A stretch of DNA of 64,000 bases from the NCBI GenBank assembly GCA_965263355.1, contig CBDHHL010000032.1:1024001-1088000 (forward strand). Direction: 5' to 3'. The position numbers and the translations under genes are program-made. The stretch's first letter is position 1; each line of letters begins with the position of its first letter. Shown in pieces: positions 51,188-62,243 of the stretch. The notes under the pieces were generated by a model. It made no database searches. It saw nothing but the letters and a program-made list of their open reading frames with translations, and had not been told where the DNA came from. Source of the stretch: Leptolyngbyaceae cyanobacterium. GTDB taxonomy: Bacteria > Cyanobacteriota > Cyanobacteriia > Phormidesmidales > Phormidesmidaceae.

Positions 51188-52192
51188 ATGGTAGAAGCAA
51201 CGATTAACGATTCCGAGATACGAGAACTCTTAAAGCCTTATAGTAAAGCCATCACACGTTCAGCCTGGCTAAATATCCTAAACTCCTTTATCCCCTTTCT
51301 ATTCAGCTACAGCTTAATGGTTTGGAGTCTTAAATATTCTTATTTTTTAACAATTTTACTGGTATTGCCCACAGCCGGATTCCTATTTCGAATTTTTGAA
51401 ATCCAACATAACTGTGGCCATAACGCTTACTTTAACGCCCCTTGGGCCAATGAGACTTTAGGGTGTATCTGCAGTATTTTTACCCTGACCCCCTACCATT
51501 GGTGGCTACGTTCCCACGCCTATCACCACGCCAACATTGCTAACTTAGACTGTCAAGAAACAGGCTATTTAACAACATTAACCGTACGAGAATATCTCCA
51601 ACTCGATTTCTGGCAACGCTTGAAATATCGCCTCTATCGCCATCCCTTAATTCTCTTTTTGGTAGGCCCAATTCTTAAGTTTGTCATCTTGCAACGGTTA
51701 CCCTATCAAGTCTCTCCAGATTGGAAAAAAGAACGCTGGGGGATTTACATAACAAACTGCGCGTTAGTCACCTTTGCCATAGGATTAGCCAAAATCATCG
51801 GCTGGAAAGCGTTGCTTACAGTTCACATTACTCTGATTATGGTGGCCGCTTCATGGGGTATCTGGCTATTTACTGTCCAGCATACATTTGACGATGCTTA
51901 CATGGCCAGGGGAGACGCCTGGAACTATGTGGACGCTATTTTGCAGGGCAGTTCCCACTACGATCTACCAAAGATATTACAGTGGTTTATCTTTGATGCC
52001 AGTTATCACCATATTCACCATCTCAACAGCCGGATTCCGAGCTATCGTCTGGCCGAATGTTTTCGGGAAATACCAGTCTTTCGGTCCGTACGTAAACTGT
52101 CATTACAAGACAGTGGTCTCTGTATGAATTTAGCCCTATGGGATGAGGATAAACGACGCTTAGTCAGTTTTCAGGATATTCAGTGTCTGTAG
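51188..52192 (+). CDS. Membrane fatty-acid desaturase (Bacillus Des-like)
   Basis: His boxes HNCGH, HAYHH, HHIHH; IPSYRL. Confidence 0.9.
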   Translation: MVEATINDSEIRELLKPYSKAITRSAWLNILNSFIPFLFSYSLMVWSLKYSYFLTILLVLPTAGFLFRIFEIQHNCGHNAYFNAPWANETLGCICSIFTLTPYHWWLRSHAYHHANIANLDCQETGYLTTLTVREYLQLDFWQRLKYRLYRHPLILFLVGPILKFVILQRLPYQVSPDWKKERWGIYITNCALVTFAIGLAKIIGWKALLTVHITLIMVAASWGIWLFTVQHTFDDAYMARGDAWNYVDAILQGSSHYDLPKILQWFIFDASYHHIHHLNSRIPSYRLAECFREIPVFRSVRKLSLQDSGLCMNLALWDEDKRRLVSFQDIQCL

Positions 52193-52217
52193 TCCCCTAA
52201 AAAACAGCCTATAGCCA

Positions 52218-52763
52218 TTAAAATGGCCCAAACATTGAGTTTGCGACTGACTTTGAATCATCACCACAGAAAAAATCATCAATCAAGATTAGAATTTCAT
52301 CCTTGCTAAGAACGCCATCGTCATTCATATCTAACTGCTCAAATGCCAGAGGGGCATAGGCGGGATGAATGTTATATACCTGAAAAAGCTCGGTCCATTC
52401 CTCTTTGCAAAGCTGCCCATCACCGTCAGCATCAAATACGTCAAAAATTAGCTTCATTAAGGACTGCACTTCCTTAAAGTAGCGTTCCTGATTTTCTAAA
52501 ACTTCATCGTAGTAAGCCAGCCACTCCTGCAGGCTGATTTTTTTATCACTATTGACATCAGCCTTGCTTACTAAAGATTTCCAGGCCTGCTTAAACCGCT
52601 CCTTTAATGCCAATACCTTGGGGGAACGAGCACCTAAGTTTTTAACCTCTGCTAGCCGGGTGGCGATGTTTTCGAAATCCTTGCCGACTAAAATTCCATC
52701 GCGATCGCAATCATACATACAGAACAGCTTAAGGAGTTTTCGATTTTGCAGTTCCGTTAGCAT
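52218..52763 (-). CDS. Four-EF-hand calcium-binding protein (calerythrin/SCP-like)
   Basis: DCDRDG, DVNSDK, DADGDG, DMNDDG loops. Confidence 0.9.
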   Translation of the reverse strand: MLTELQNRKLLKLFCMYDCDRDGILVGKDFENIATRLAEVKNLGARSPKVLALKERFKQAWKSLVSKADVNSDKKISLQEWLAYYDEVLENQERYFKEVQSLMKLIFDVFDADGDGQLCKEEWTELFQVYNIHPAYAPLAFEQLDMNDDGVLSKDEILILIDDFFCGDDSKSVANSMFGPF

Positions 52764-53087
52764 GGCGTCATTAATCTCCTATGGGATGCACTAAGAAAGC
52801 AGGGTGACTGGGCCTGCACGTAGTACGAGAATCATAAATCATTCATACTCCTAAATATAGGGGGCTACAGAATGATTTACGTACGGTTTGGTTCTAAACG
52901 CCCCATGGAGGTTAGGGGATGCGCGCATGGGCATTCGGTAAGCTTGGTTTCATGGAATGTGGGAAAGTGCGAACGGGTATTTTAGGCTATGCTCAACCCA
53001 AGCTACGGGGGATGGGCTGTATATTTTTTACAGGATATGTAATCCAAAACACCTTCTGCTACCTTCCCCTTCCTTCTCCTTTCGCCC

Positions 53088-54599
53088 ATGCACGCTGATT
53101 ACCTGAAACGCATTCTCAACGCCCGTGTCTATGACGTTGCCCAAGAAACGGCCCTGGAAATTGCCCCTAATCTATCCAAACGTCTAGGCAATCAGCTGCT
53201 ACTCAAGCGGGAAGACATGCAGTCTGTGTTTTCCTTCAAACTGCGCGGAGCTTACAACAAAATGGCCCAGCTCCCCCCTGATAAGTTGGCTCGTGGTGTG
53301 ATCGCAGCTTCGGCGGGTAACCATGCCCAGGGTGTGGCTTTAGGGGCACGACGGCTGTGCACCTTTGCCGTTATCGTCATGCCCGAAACCACCCCAGAGG
53401 TAAAAGTCAACGCGGTAAAAGCCCGTGGTGGTGAAGTGGTGCTTTATGGGGAAACCTTTGACGATGCCTATGCCCATGCCCGACAGCTAGAGACCGAAAA
53501 AGGGATGACGTTTGTCCATCCCTTTGACGACCCGGATGTGATTGCTGGTCAAGGCACCATTGGGATGGAAATCCTACGCCAGTATCAGCAGCCTATCCAT
53601 GCAATTTTTGTCGCTATTGGTGGTGGCGGTCTGATTTCTGGTATTGCTGCCTATGTTAAACGCCTACGGCCTGAGATTAAAATCATTGGCGTAGAGCCGA
53701 AGGATGCTGATGCCATGTATCAGTCCCTGAAGCTAGGGCATCGGGTAAAACTTTCCCAGGTAGGGCTGTTTGCCGATGGCGTAGCGGTTAGTCAGGTAGG
53801 TGAAGAAACTTTTTGGCTATGTCAACAGTATGTGGATGACATCGTCCGTGTGGGCACCGACGATACCTGTGCGGCAATCAAGGATGTCTTTGAAGATACG
53901 CGCTCTATTGTAGAACCGGCGGGGGCTTTAGCGATTGCTGGGGCGAAAGCTTATGTAAAGCAAACGGGTATTCGGGACGAAACTCTGGTCGCTGTGGCCT
54001 GTGGTGCCAATATGAACTTTGACCGGCTAAGGTTTGTGGCGGAGCGGGCCGAGCTAGGAGAACAGCGAGAAGCCATTTTTGCGGTGACAATTCCAGAACA
54101 ACCAGGCAGTCTTAAGCGTTTTTGCGACCAGATTGGCAAGCGCAATTTGACGGAGTTTAACTATCGGATTGCGGATCAGACCGAAGCTCATATTTTTGTT
54201 GGGTTAGAAATTTGTGATCGCGATGATGCCATTGCCATGAAAGACCAGTTTGAAGAAAATGGCTTTCAAACCCTGGACCTGACCGATGATGAATTAACTA
54301 AAATGCATCTGCGCCACATGGTCGGTGGCCATTCTGCCCTGGCTAAAAATGAACGTCTATACCGGTTTGAATTTCCCGAGCGCCCCGGTGCGTTGATGAA
54401 GTTTGTCAGCTCCATCAGTCCCAATTGGAATATCAGCCTGTTCCACTACCGCAATAACGGCTCTGACTATGGCCGTATTGTTGTTGGTATGCAGGTACCC
54501 CCCGAAGAAATGGATGAATGGCAGGCGTTTTTAGAAACCCTTGGCTATCGCTACTGGGAAGAAAATAACAATCCTGCCTATCAGCTCTTTTTGGGATAA
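53088..54599 (+). CDS. ilvA: Threonine ammonia-lyase, biosynthetic
   Basis: SFKLRGA, ASAGNHAQG, GANMNFDRLRF, two ACT-like domains. Confidence 0.97.
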   Translation: MHADYLKRILNARVYDVAQETALEIAPNLSKRLGNQLLLKREDMQSVFSFKLRGAYNKMAQLPPDKLARGVIAASAGNHAQGVALGARRLCTFAVIVMPETTPEVKVNAVKARGGEVVLYGETFDDAYAHARQLETEKGMTFVHPFDDPDVIAGQGTIGMEILRQYQQPIHAIFVAIGGGGLISGIAAYVKRLRPEIKIIGVEPKDADAMYQSLKLGHRVKLSQVGLFADGVAVSQVGEETFWLCQQYVDDIVRVGTDDTCAAIKDVFEDTRSIVEPAGALAIAGAKAYVKQTGIRDETLVAVACGANMNFDRLRFVAERAELGEQREAIFAVTIPEQPGSLKRFCDQIGKRNLTEFNYRIADQTEAHIFVGLEICDRDDAIAMKDQFEENGFQTLDLTDDELTKMHLRHMVGGHSALAKNERLYRFEFPERPGALMKFVSSISPNWNISLFHYRNNGSDYGRIVVGMQVPPEEMDEWQAFLETLGYRYWEENNNPAYQLFLG

Positions 54600-55366
54600 C
54601 GGCGATAGAGCAACAACCCTACTAAAACGAATACCATGCTCAATGCGGGTATCCAGATCATGGGTAACGTTTGGTGACGCTGGGCAATGGCCACGTCTGC
54701 CCAGATAAACACAAGGGCGAAAAGCAGATCACGGCGTTGCCAGATAGCCAGGCCAGCAATCAGATTCGCTATTACAAGCATGATGGCAGTCCAATCGGTA
54801 CCGGACAGCCATAACGTTTGGATACCAGATGCATAGAGAGCTGAGGCAATATTGACGACAGTGGCTACTGAGATCCAGGCAAGATAAATACTGATAGGGG
54901 CATCAACCCAAAGACTACGCCGATTATTGAGATGGTGCTGTCTGCCAATAAGTTCGCTATAAGCGGCAATCAGTGCTAACAAAATCACTATCATCGCTAG
55001 CACTGACAGCCAATAGAGCTGCAGCGTAAACAGATAAATCCATGCTATCTGGGCGACACAGGCCAGCAGTAAACAGCAATTAATCCGTTTGATAATTCGC
55101 TGTCCCCGATGCTTTGGTTGCGACTGGTACCAGGCATAGGCAATCAGGCCAACATAAATGACACCCCAAATGATAAAAGCGTAGTTAGCTGGAGTAATTA
55201 GCACACCACCGAGGGGACCATTCGCCAAATCAGCGACAGTGTTCCCATCAATGGGAAAGAAGTTTGACAGGGTATTGACGACCAAAGTTCCAAGAATTGC
55301 CAGCCAGGTTGCGATCGCCAGTCCCCTATCTCCAATTAACCTGATCATGTCATCGCTGGATTTCAT
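54581..55366 (-). CDS. Tryptophan-rich membrane protein (TspO-like)
   Basis: TPANYAFIIWGVIY, SIYLAWISVAT..N. Confidence 0.75.
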   Translation of the reverse strand: MKSSDDMIRLIGDRGLAIATWLAILGTLVVNTLSNFFPIDGNTVADLANGPLGGVLITPANYAFIIWGVIYVGLIAYAWYQSQPKHRGQRIIKRINCCLLLACVAQIAWIYLFTLQLYWLSVLAMIVILLALIAAYSELIGRQHHLNNRRSLWVDAPISIYLAWISVATVVNIASALYASGIQTLWLSGTDWTAIMLVIANLIAGLAIWQRRDLLFALVFIWADVAIAQRHQTLPMIWIPALSMVFVLVGLLLYRRYPKKS

Positions 55367-55443
55367 TGGGCCTACTCAGTCATTGTGACCGCAAGCGTCA
55401 ATGTTTACCAGGTGGATTTGTGGCTATCAAGCTCTCTTAGCAA

Positions 55444-56649
55444 TTAATGCTCACGTTCGGTGCGTACCCAACTATTTTCAGGGCCTGACAAAAATTTAAA
55501 GTACAGTGGAATTTTCCACAGAACATAGAAAGGAATCGAGATTAATTTATTGGCTGGTATATCTTTACGGGCAAAACCATACCAGGCTAAGAAAATCGCT
55601 AACAACAAACTTAGGCCAGCACCGTAAATCATGACTAGCGGTAGCCATGTACTCCCTGAGACTAGTGTAAGCATTGTCACCAATGTTGCAGTGACTGCCC
55701 ACAGTGTGACTAATAAAGAGAGTGGAGGCACGCTCATATCTAACGCTAAGGCTACCAGCTCTAAACGGCCTTGTTTTAGGCCTTCTTGTATTAAAAGGGG
55801 AACAGACGTTAACAAAGTTTGTAAATGGCCATGTTCCCAGCGTGTCCGTTGAGTCATCGCCACAGATGCTTGTTGAGGTTGTTCACCAATCACCAGTGCA
55901 TCGGGACACATTAAGGGCAAATGCCCTGCTACTGCCAGGTCTAACCCGAGCTTCATATCCTCAACAATGTTGCCATTAGCCAAATCCGCTTGCTCAATAA
56001 TGGACCAGGGGAATGCCATTCCTGTTCCTGTTAACAAACAGGGCTGCCCCAATCCTTGCATACCCAGAGGTCGGACAAGATTTTTTACCTTAAACGCAAA
56101 GGTGGATACCATCTCGTTAGCTGCAGGGTCTGGACCCTGGTTCAGAAGATAGGTCGCTTGCACAGGACGATCGGTCTTAAGTGCCAAATCAGCCACCGCA
56201 TCAATGGCTCCAGGCTGTACTTGGCAATCAGCATCCACCATGATGACCACATCAGGCGAGTCTTTACTCAAGTAACGCAGACCAAAATCTAGTGCATACC
56301 CTTTACCACGCTGTTGAATATTATGGCGTTCAATTACCGTGGCACCAGCCTGTTGCGCGATGGTAGCTGTTGCGTCAGTGCAATTATCAGCAACGACAAC
56401 CAACCGGTCCGTTGCTTGTATCTGTGACGTGAGGGTTGATAAGGTGCCCTGAATCACAGCAGCTTCATTATGAGCTGGCATTAAAATGGCACGCTTTTTC
56501 TTGGTTTCAAAAGACGTTGCCTTTTTACGGGCACCTCTATTTCGCCTAAAAAAAGCGATTAAAACTTCTAAAGAAAAGACAGCACAGGGCAGTATTAGAA
56601 CTGCAGCCAGCATTATCTCCACAATCTGAATAATTACAGTTGCAGACAT
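55444..56649 (-). CDS. GT2 membrane glycosyltransferase
   Basis: PAHNE, DNCTD, DAD, VED, QRTRW; ATG 56649 has a GGAGG RBS. Confidence 0.9.
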   Translation of the reverse strand: MSATVIIQIVEIMLAAVLILPCAVFSLEVLIAFFRRNRGARKKATSFETKKKRAILMPAHNEAAVIQGTLSTLTSQIQATDRLVVVADNCTDATATIAQQAGATVIERHNIQQRGKGYALDFGLRYLSKDSPDVVIMVDADCQVQPGAIDAVADLALKTDRPVQATYLLNQGPDPAANEMVSTFAFKVKNLVRPLGMQGLGQPCLLTGTGMAFPWSIIEQADLANGNIVEDMKLGLDLAVAGHLPLMCPDALVIGEQPQQASVAMTQRTRWEHGHLQTLLTSVPLLIQEGLKQGRLELVALALDMSVPPLSLLVTLWAVTATLVTMLTLVSGSTWLPLVMIYGAGLSLLLAIFLAWYGFARKDIPANKLISIPFYVLWKIPLYFKFLSGPENSWVRTEREH

Positions 56650-57351
56650 ACCCACAAAAATTCCTCCAAAATTGTTCGGAGCTACTTTTTCAAGTAGTCC
56701 AAGACACACTGATGTAAATAACGTAAGTAAAAAGGATTCATTGCTGGAAGAATGCACTGTTGATGGATTTAACTATCTATAAATTTTTGAAAGGACATTT
56801 CTCAAAAAGGATAGATACATTGGGAATAATTGGACTTAGTATTTTCATAACAAAGTCCTGGCACAATTCGTCTGCTCACTATAACTGTGACTGCTGCAGA
56901 ACAGCTGAGTTCCAGTTTTATTGAAATTTATAGCGATTTGCTGAATAAACTCGCTAGAGCAGGCCCTACACAGCGTTTGCTATCTAAAGCTTTTAGCAAT
57001 CACCGATATGATGCCCTATGGGCGCAAAACTATGCTAATATGTTCAAAACGAATTCATTCAAATTGATTAGCTGTTTCTGCGTCAAGCCACAACGAGTGC
57101 GAACATCATTCCTCTTGTGTTGACTTGGTTGATATATTAATTGTTCCCAATTAATGCGTGACCCTAATTAAGAATGCCCTTGTTACCCCTTGGTTGGAGA
57201 GATTGAGCAACAATATATCAAGCCATTTTAAGGCTGTGCGTGCTTGATCAAACAAGTTCTCTTTCAATAAAGTCGGTATCGTATGTTGCAACAGCTTAAA
57301 CTAGTCAAGTACCGAAAGAGACTTAACTGTTTACTTATCCATGTCAACTAG

Positions 57352-57391
57352 AGTTAAGCCAAATTCACATGGCTATAAATTTGGCTTAACT
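57352..57391. terminator. 14-bp inverted repeat downstream of acetyltransferase gene
   Basis: AGTTAAGCCAAATT...AATTTGGCTTAACT. Confidence 0.5.
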
Positions 57392-57450
57392 TTAGTAATT
57401 CTGAACGTCATTCACGATACTTAAAGGATGGGAACTCTTTTTCAGAAATA

Positions 57451-58086
57451 TCATGTAGATGTTATCACTCTAATTTTTTGAGGCTGGCAGGGTGAGCCTA
57501 CGCATATATGCTGAGCTGGCATGTCTTTAAACACATTACTGCGCGCTCCAATTAAAGCATTGGCTCCAATCCTTACCCCTGGTGCAATAAAGCAATCTGT
57601 GGCTACCCAAACACCATTTTCAATCACAATTGGCGCGGTTATCAGGGCAAACCGTGGATCGTTAGGGGCATGACTACCTGTACACAGGTAGGATTTTTGG
57701 GAAACAACACAGTGCTGACCTAACCGAATTGGAGCCAGACTGTAAAATGTGACGTTTTCTCCTACCCAGCTGCAATCGCCTATTTCGACTTTCCAAGGAT
57801 AGGTAAATCGAGCAGATGGACGAATGATCACATCTTTGCCAATTTTGGCACCGAAAAATCGAAGTAGGGCACAACGTGGGCCATGGGCCGTATGCAAGGT
57901 TAACGGAAATATAACAGCTTGTACAAGCCACCACACCATGACGTACCATTTCGGTCGACCAACTTCAAAGCCCGGCTGATGATACTGGCGTAAATCCACC
58001 AAAGAAGGTGGCCCAAAGTCAGATTTTTCCTGTATCTCTAAAGAATTGGCTGCGTTGATAGATACCTCAGACGTGCCATTACTCAT
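57451..58086 (-). CDS. WcaF/HpsU-like hexapeptide acetyltransferase
   Basis: LLRFFGAKIG, YPW, SQKSYLCTGSH. Confidence 0.9.
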   Translation of the reverse strand: MSNGTSEVSINAANSLEIQEKSDFGPPSLVDLRQYHQPGFEVGRPKWYVMVWWLVQAVIFPLTLHTAHGPRCALLRFFGAKIGKDVIIRPSARFTYPWKVEIGDCSWVGENVTFYSLAPIRLGQHCVVSQKSYLCTGSHAPNDPRFALITAPIVIENGVWVATDCFIAPGVRIGANALIGARSNVFKDMPAQHICVGSPCQPQKIRVITST

Positions 58087-59027
58087 TAAACATCACCCAC
58101 TAAAGCTGCTTGGGGGTTTTCGTCAGTTTCTGGTTCATCTGCTAGGTTTAGACTGCCACCAAACTGCAGCTCATAGAGTTTGACTCCAATTTGATACTCA
58201 TACTGGCTGAGTAAGCGAGCGTAAATATAGCCTGGATAGCCATCTAGAAAACCAAGGCGAATAAAGTAAAACAGAACAAATCGCAACAAGGGTTTGAAGG
58301 GTAGGCGAACCCAAATCTTTTTAAGAAATCGCTTACGCTGGACAGAATCACCAAATAGATTAGCTCCAATAGTGCCATCGTCCCCCATACCAGTTAGCAG
58401 GTTGTAATAAACTCGTGCCTCCCAGTTGGAATAGCGGTTATGGCGAGCTAGCCAGTGGAATAAATCACGAAAGTCGATATGGAGCATATCGTTTTGGAGA
58501 TAGCCTACGTTGCCACCTTCTATAACGACATGTTCATGCACTTCGTTATCACCAGTATTTTGAATTTCTTCGGTATTTAGATTTTCATAGCGGCCTTTAG
58601 CATGACGGAAGAAGCGCATATTCCAGTCAGGATATTTGCCACCGTGGCGGATCCATTTGCCTAGAAAATAAACCCGTCGATTTAGATAGCAACCGTCTAG
58701 CTCATTAGCTGCGATCACATCTGCCATTTCTGCCCAGAGTTCTGGGGTAATGCGCTCGTCACAATCGACGATCAATACCCATTCGTTACGAAAGGGGAGG
58801 TTATCTAACGACCAATTTTTTTTCTTAGGCCAGCGGCCATTGAAATCAAATTGAATTACTTGGGCACCGTAGGATTCTGCAATTTCTACTGAACGATCTT
58901 CGCTGTGGGAGTCCACCACGAAAACTTCGTCTGCCTGGGCAACACTTTCTAAGCAAGCCGGTAGATTTGCTTCTTCATTTTTTGCAGGAATCAGTACGGA
59001 AACCGGAACTTTGGTGGCAGCACTCAT
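58086..59027 (-). CDS. GT2 glycosyltransferase (hps-type)
   Basis: IPAKNEE, DSHSED, DCDE, EVHEH. Confidence 0.9.
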   Translation of the reverse strand: MSAATKVPVSVLIPAKNEEANLPACLESVAQADEVFVVDSHSEDRSVEIAESYGAQVIQFDFNGRWPKKKNWSLDNLPFRNEWVLIVDCDERITPELWAEMADVIAANELDGCYLNRRVYFLGKWIRHGGKYPDWNMRFFRHAKGRYENLNTEEIQNTGDNEVHEHVVIEGGNVGYLQNDMLHIDFRDLFHWLARHNRYSNWEARVYYNLLTGMGDDGTIGANLFGDSVQRKRFLKKIWVRLPFKPLLRFVLFYFIRLGFLDGYPGYIYARLLSQYEYQIGVKLYELQFGGSLNLADEPETDENPQAALVGDV

Positions 59028-59158
59028 GGGTTAATAGAACGCTAATAAACGGTAGATAACTGGTTTGAACGCAGGCTGTGGGCATCATTTACGCTACGTA
59101 TTGCCCAAGCTTTAGCAATATAATGAATTTTGATTACTCACCTAATTATGACGTCACA

Positions 59159-60115
59159 CTAGGCGGATGACTTAGCTGATTTATAAGTTGGCTTATGGGG
59201 TTTGACCAGGTATCGTAAAACACTACCCAGGTAACCCAGTTGACCGTAGGCATAGGTCAAATTTTCAAACCGCTGTGCTGGGTCCTTGACATATTTGACG
59301 GTTTTGTAAACACCTCTAATAAGACGCTCCCCTCCCCATCGCAGTTGGGCAACGCCAGCGCGCCCCGAAACTTGTTCACGGTAACATTCACTAATGCCTT
59401 GCCACCAACTGCGGCTTAGAAACCAGCCTGGTTTAAGTCTGGCAGGAGCAACATTATGGGCGGCTAAGGCGTTGGGGACGTACACCACATGCCAGCCATT
59501 TTTTAGGGCTAGTTGGGTCATATGTAGCTCTTCATTGGAGAGCAGATTTTTGCCAACACGTCCTAGGTTAACGTCAAATCCGCCAACTGAGTCTAGGAAG
59601 GTTTTGCGCAGAGAATAATTAAGACCTCGGGGGGTGAGACTAGGATTTTTGATATACTGCATCCGCTCACCGAGATCATAGGCCCCTAAACCACTGGCTA
59701 AATCGTCCGATAGCCAGGCTGGTGGGCGAACAACGCCTGGTGGCCACAGGAGGGTAACTTTGCCACCTGCGATCGCAACCCTACTATTATTTTCGTATAC
59801 CTCTAAAAGCGAAGCTAACCACTGAGGGCTAGCGACCGCGTCATCATCGAGATAAGCAAGAATATCGCCTTTGGCTGTCTTGGCACCTGTGTTACGTGCT
59901 GTCGATAGACCAAGTGTAGGCTCGTAGACATAGCGTAATCGAGAGTCCGACAGACGTGGCTGGACAACTTCTGCTGTCGAATCGGTTGAGCCATTATCTA
60001 CTACGATGATTTCAATATCGTGGAGAGTTTGGGCCAACAAACTATCGATGGCAGCTCCTAGATATTGATCGCGATTATGGGTGCAAATAATGGCAGAAAT
60101 TGATAGCTCAGCCAT
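59159..60115 (-). CDS. GT2 glycosyltransferase (hps-type)
   Basis: ICTHNR, DNGSTD, GLSTARN, LDDDA. Confidence 0.9.
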   Translation of the reverse strand: MAELSISAIICTHNRDQYLGAAIDSLLAQTLHDIEIIVVDNGSTDSTAEVVQPRLSDSRLRYVYEPTLGLSTARNTGAKTAKGDILAYLDDDAVASPQWLASLLEVYENNSRVAIAGGKVTLLWPPGVVRPPAWLSDDLASGLGAYDLGERMQYIKNPSLTPRGLNYSLRKTFLDSVGGFDVNLGRVGKNLLSNEELHMTQLALKNGWHVVYVPNALAAHNVAPARLKPGWFLSRSWWQGISECYREQVSGRAGVAQLRWGGERLIRGVYKTVKYVKDPAQRFENLTYAYGQLGYLGSVLRYLVKPHKPTYKSAKSSA

Positions 60116-60445
60116 AAAAACCTTGAAGAAAAAAAGAGGGTTACTAAAAAACGATGCTTGCTATGGCAGGAACAAAAGTCAAACTAAATTGGATGAGCAA
60201 TAAATTATAAATTTACTTGGTGATAAGTTATACGGTCAGCGGTATGGACTACCAAATTTGACACATTTGATAGATGGGCTACGTTGCCCTGCTCAAAATT
60301 CCCGCTTAACAATGAATGTACTCATTAAACTTTACTGAAATTACGCAATTGAGTCCTAGTTATCAAGTTCTGTTTATATACTCTTCAAACGTATAAAGTC
60401 TCCTCTAGTTGGTGATACCCCATTGTTCAATTTTTGCTTAGCCCC

Positions 60446-61135
60446 ATGAACTCTACTGCTGATATTGATCTTGCCCCTTATATCGACCATTCTCTACTAT
60501 TGCCGACAGCGACGTTGGACCAGGTCGATCACTGGTGTGCGGAGGCGCAACGCTATGGTTTTGCCAGTGTCTGTATTTATCCGACCCATGTCCAACGGGC
60601 GGTTGAGAACTTACATGACAGTAGAACGGCTGTCGGCACAGTGATTGGCTTTCCTACTGGCGCAGATACCTCAGCCAGTAAGCTTTTCGCTGCTCAAGAA
60701 GCCATGGAAAACGGAGCGACAGAACTCGATGTGGTGATTAACCTGGGCTGGGTTAAATTGGGGCAAATGGAGCAGGTGCATACAGAATTGGCCCAAATTG
60801 TAGAAGCGACGGGGCAGAAGGTAAAGGCTATTTTAGAAATGGCATTGCTTGAGGATGGTGAGAAACGCTTGGCAGCTGACGTTTGTATGGATGCAGGGGT
60901 AAGTTTTCTAAAAACGAGTACGGGTTGGCATGGCGGTGCCACGGTAGCAGACATTCGCTTACTAAAAGAACTGTCCCGTGGCCGTGTGGGCATTAAGGCA
61001 TCTGGTGGTATTCGAACGCCTACCCAAGCTCTGGCATTGATTGAGGCAGGGGCTACGCGCCTGGGTACTTCACGGGGACCCGATATTTTGCGGCAGCGGG
61101 CGGCTGAGTCTCAAATCATTGATGAACGTCACTAG
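60446..61135 (+). CDS. deoC: Deoxyribose-phosphate aldolase
   Basis: IDHSLL, VIGFPTG, KTSTG, KASGGIR, RLGTS. Confidence 0.96.
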   Translation: MNSTADIDLAPYIDHSLLLPTATLDQVDHWCAEAQRYGFASVCIYPTHVQRAVENLHDSRTAVGTVIGFPTGADTSASKLFAAQEAMENGATELDVVINLGWVKLGQMEQVHTELAQIVEATGQKVKAILEMALLEDGEKRLAADVCMDAGVSFLKTSTGWHGGATVADIRLLKELSRGRVGIKASGGIRTPTQALALIEAGATRLGTSRGPDILRQRAAESQIIDERH

Positions 61136-61424
61136 CTGTCTGTCAAGTTCTAATTTTTGGTAAGAGAGGCTATCAACAAAACGACTGTTACCTCTGAAAT
61201 ACAACTCAACTATCCCACTACAAAGGCTCAAGGCCATGCGCTTACGCGTACCACTACTCACCGTCTGAGCCAAAATTTTGAACTTGACACGATATTGATA
61301 GCCTGATCTACGGATATCAAAAAAGCCAAAGGATTAAGAAAACTACATATTTTTTCTAGCAATCTGCCCCGAATGGGAACTATGTCGGGCAATATTAATA
61401 TGATGTAGCACTTTGTAACCGTAA

Positions 61425-62207
61425 ATGACTCCCTCTGCTCAATCGACGGGTAATGCGCCATCCCCCATTGCTGCTCTGGCTCTTAAGTTAGTGGGTGGTA
61501 TTACTATTTTGGCTGCCTTGGTGGATTTTCTGGTGCTACTCTTACCGCCAGATTTACTTAACCGCACCTGGCAAATCAGTATAACTACACAGCTGGTTGA
61601 CCGTGGCATTGTTCCTTTGGTCGGTATTGCTTTGCTCTTTACTGGTTTTTGGATTGATAGCTATGTTGCAGGTAAGCGTGGTCGGCCTAACTTGATCCTG
61701 GATGCCCGTTTTTGGACATGTATTTTGGCTTGTATTTTAGGATTGCTCTTTGCTGTGCTCACACCTGTACATATGAATAATGTGCGGTTACAGAGTAAGG
61801 ATGCACTTACCCAGGTGTCTGAAGAGGCATCTGAAGCAACTAATCAGTTAGAACAGCGTCTGAATCAAGAAGTGACTCAGCAACGCGATCGCATCAGTAG
61901 CTTATTAAGCAATCCCGATCAAATTGAGCAACTGGTGGCTAGCGGTAACGTAACCGAAGAGCAAGCGGCCCAAATTCGACAGTTCGAAAGCAATCCAGAT
62001 TCCTTGAATGATTTTCTTGAGGGGCAAGCGTCTCAATTGCGGACACGTCTGGAAACAGAGATCGGCTCTCGTCGTGAGGAAGCGACCAAACGAGTACGTT
62101 CTGAGGCGACCAAGGTCAGTATTCGGATTTCGTTGAGTAGTATTCTCCTGGCCATTGGTTATATCGGCATTGGCATCAGCGGTGTTAGACGCTTGCTGGC
62201 GATTTAA
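61425..62207 (+). CDS. hpsJ: HpsJ-family membrane protein
   Basis: WQ....QLVDRGIVPLVG motif, 3 TM + coiled coil + TM. Confidence 0.8.
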   Translation: MTPSAQSTGNAPSPIAALALKLVGGITILAALVDFLVLLLPPDLLNRTWQISITTQLVDRGIVPLVGIALLFTGFWIDSYVAGKRGRPNLILDARFWTCILACILGLLFAVLTPVHMNNVRLQSKDALTQVSEEASEATNQLEQRLNQEVTQQRDRISSLLSNPDQIEQLVASGNVTEEQAAQIRQFESNPDSLNDFLEGQASQLRTRLETEIGSRREEATKRVRSEATKVSIRISLSSILLAIGYIGIGISGVRRLLAI

Positions 62208-62243
62208 CCCGTGTTTTTTATAGAGTCGTTCCATGGAACGACT

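Noticed and set aside
53019..53031. NtcA site upstream of ilvA
   Set aside because: Spacing is GTA-N7-TAC, not N8
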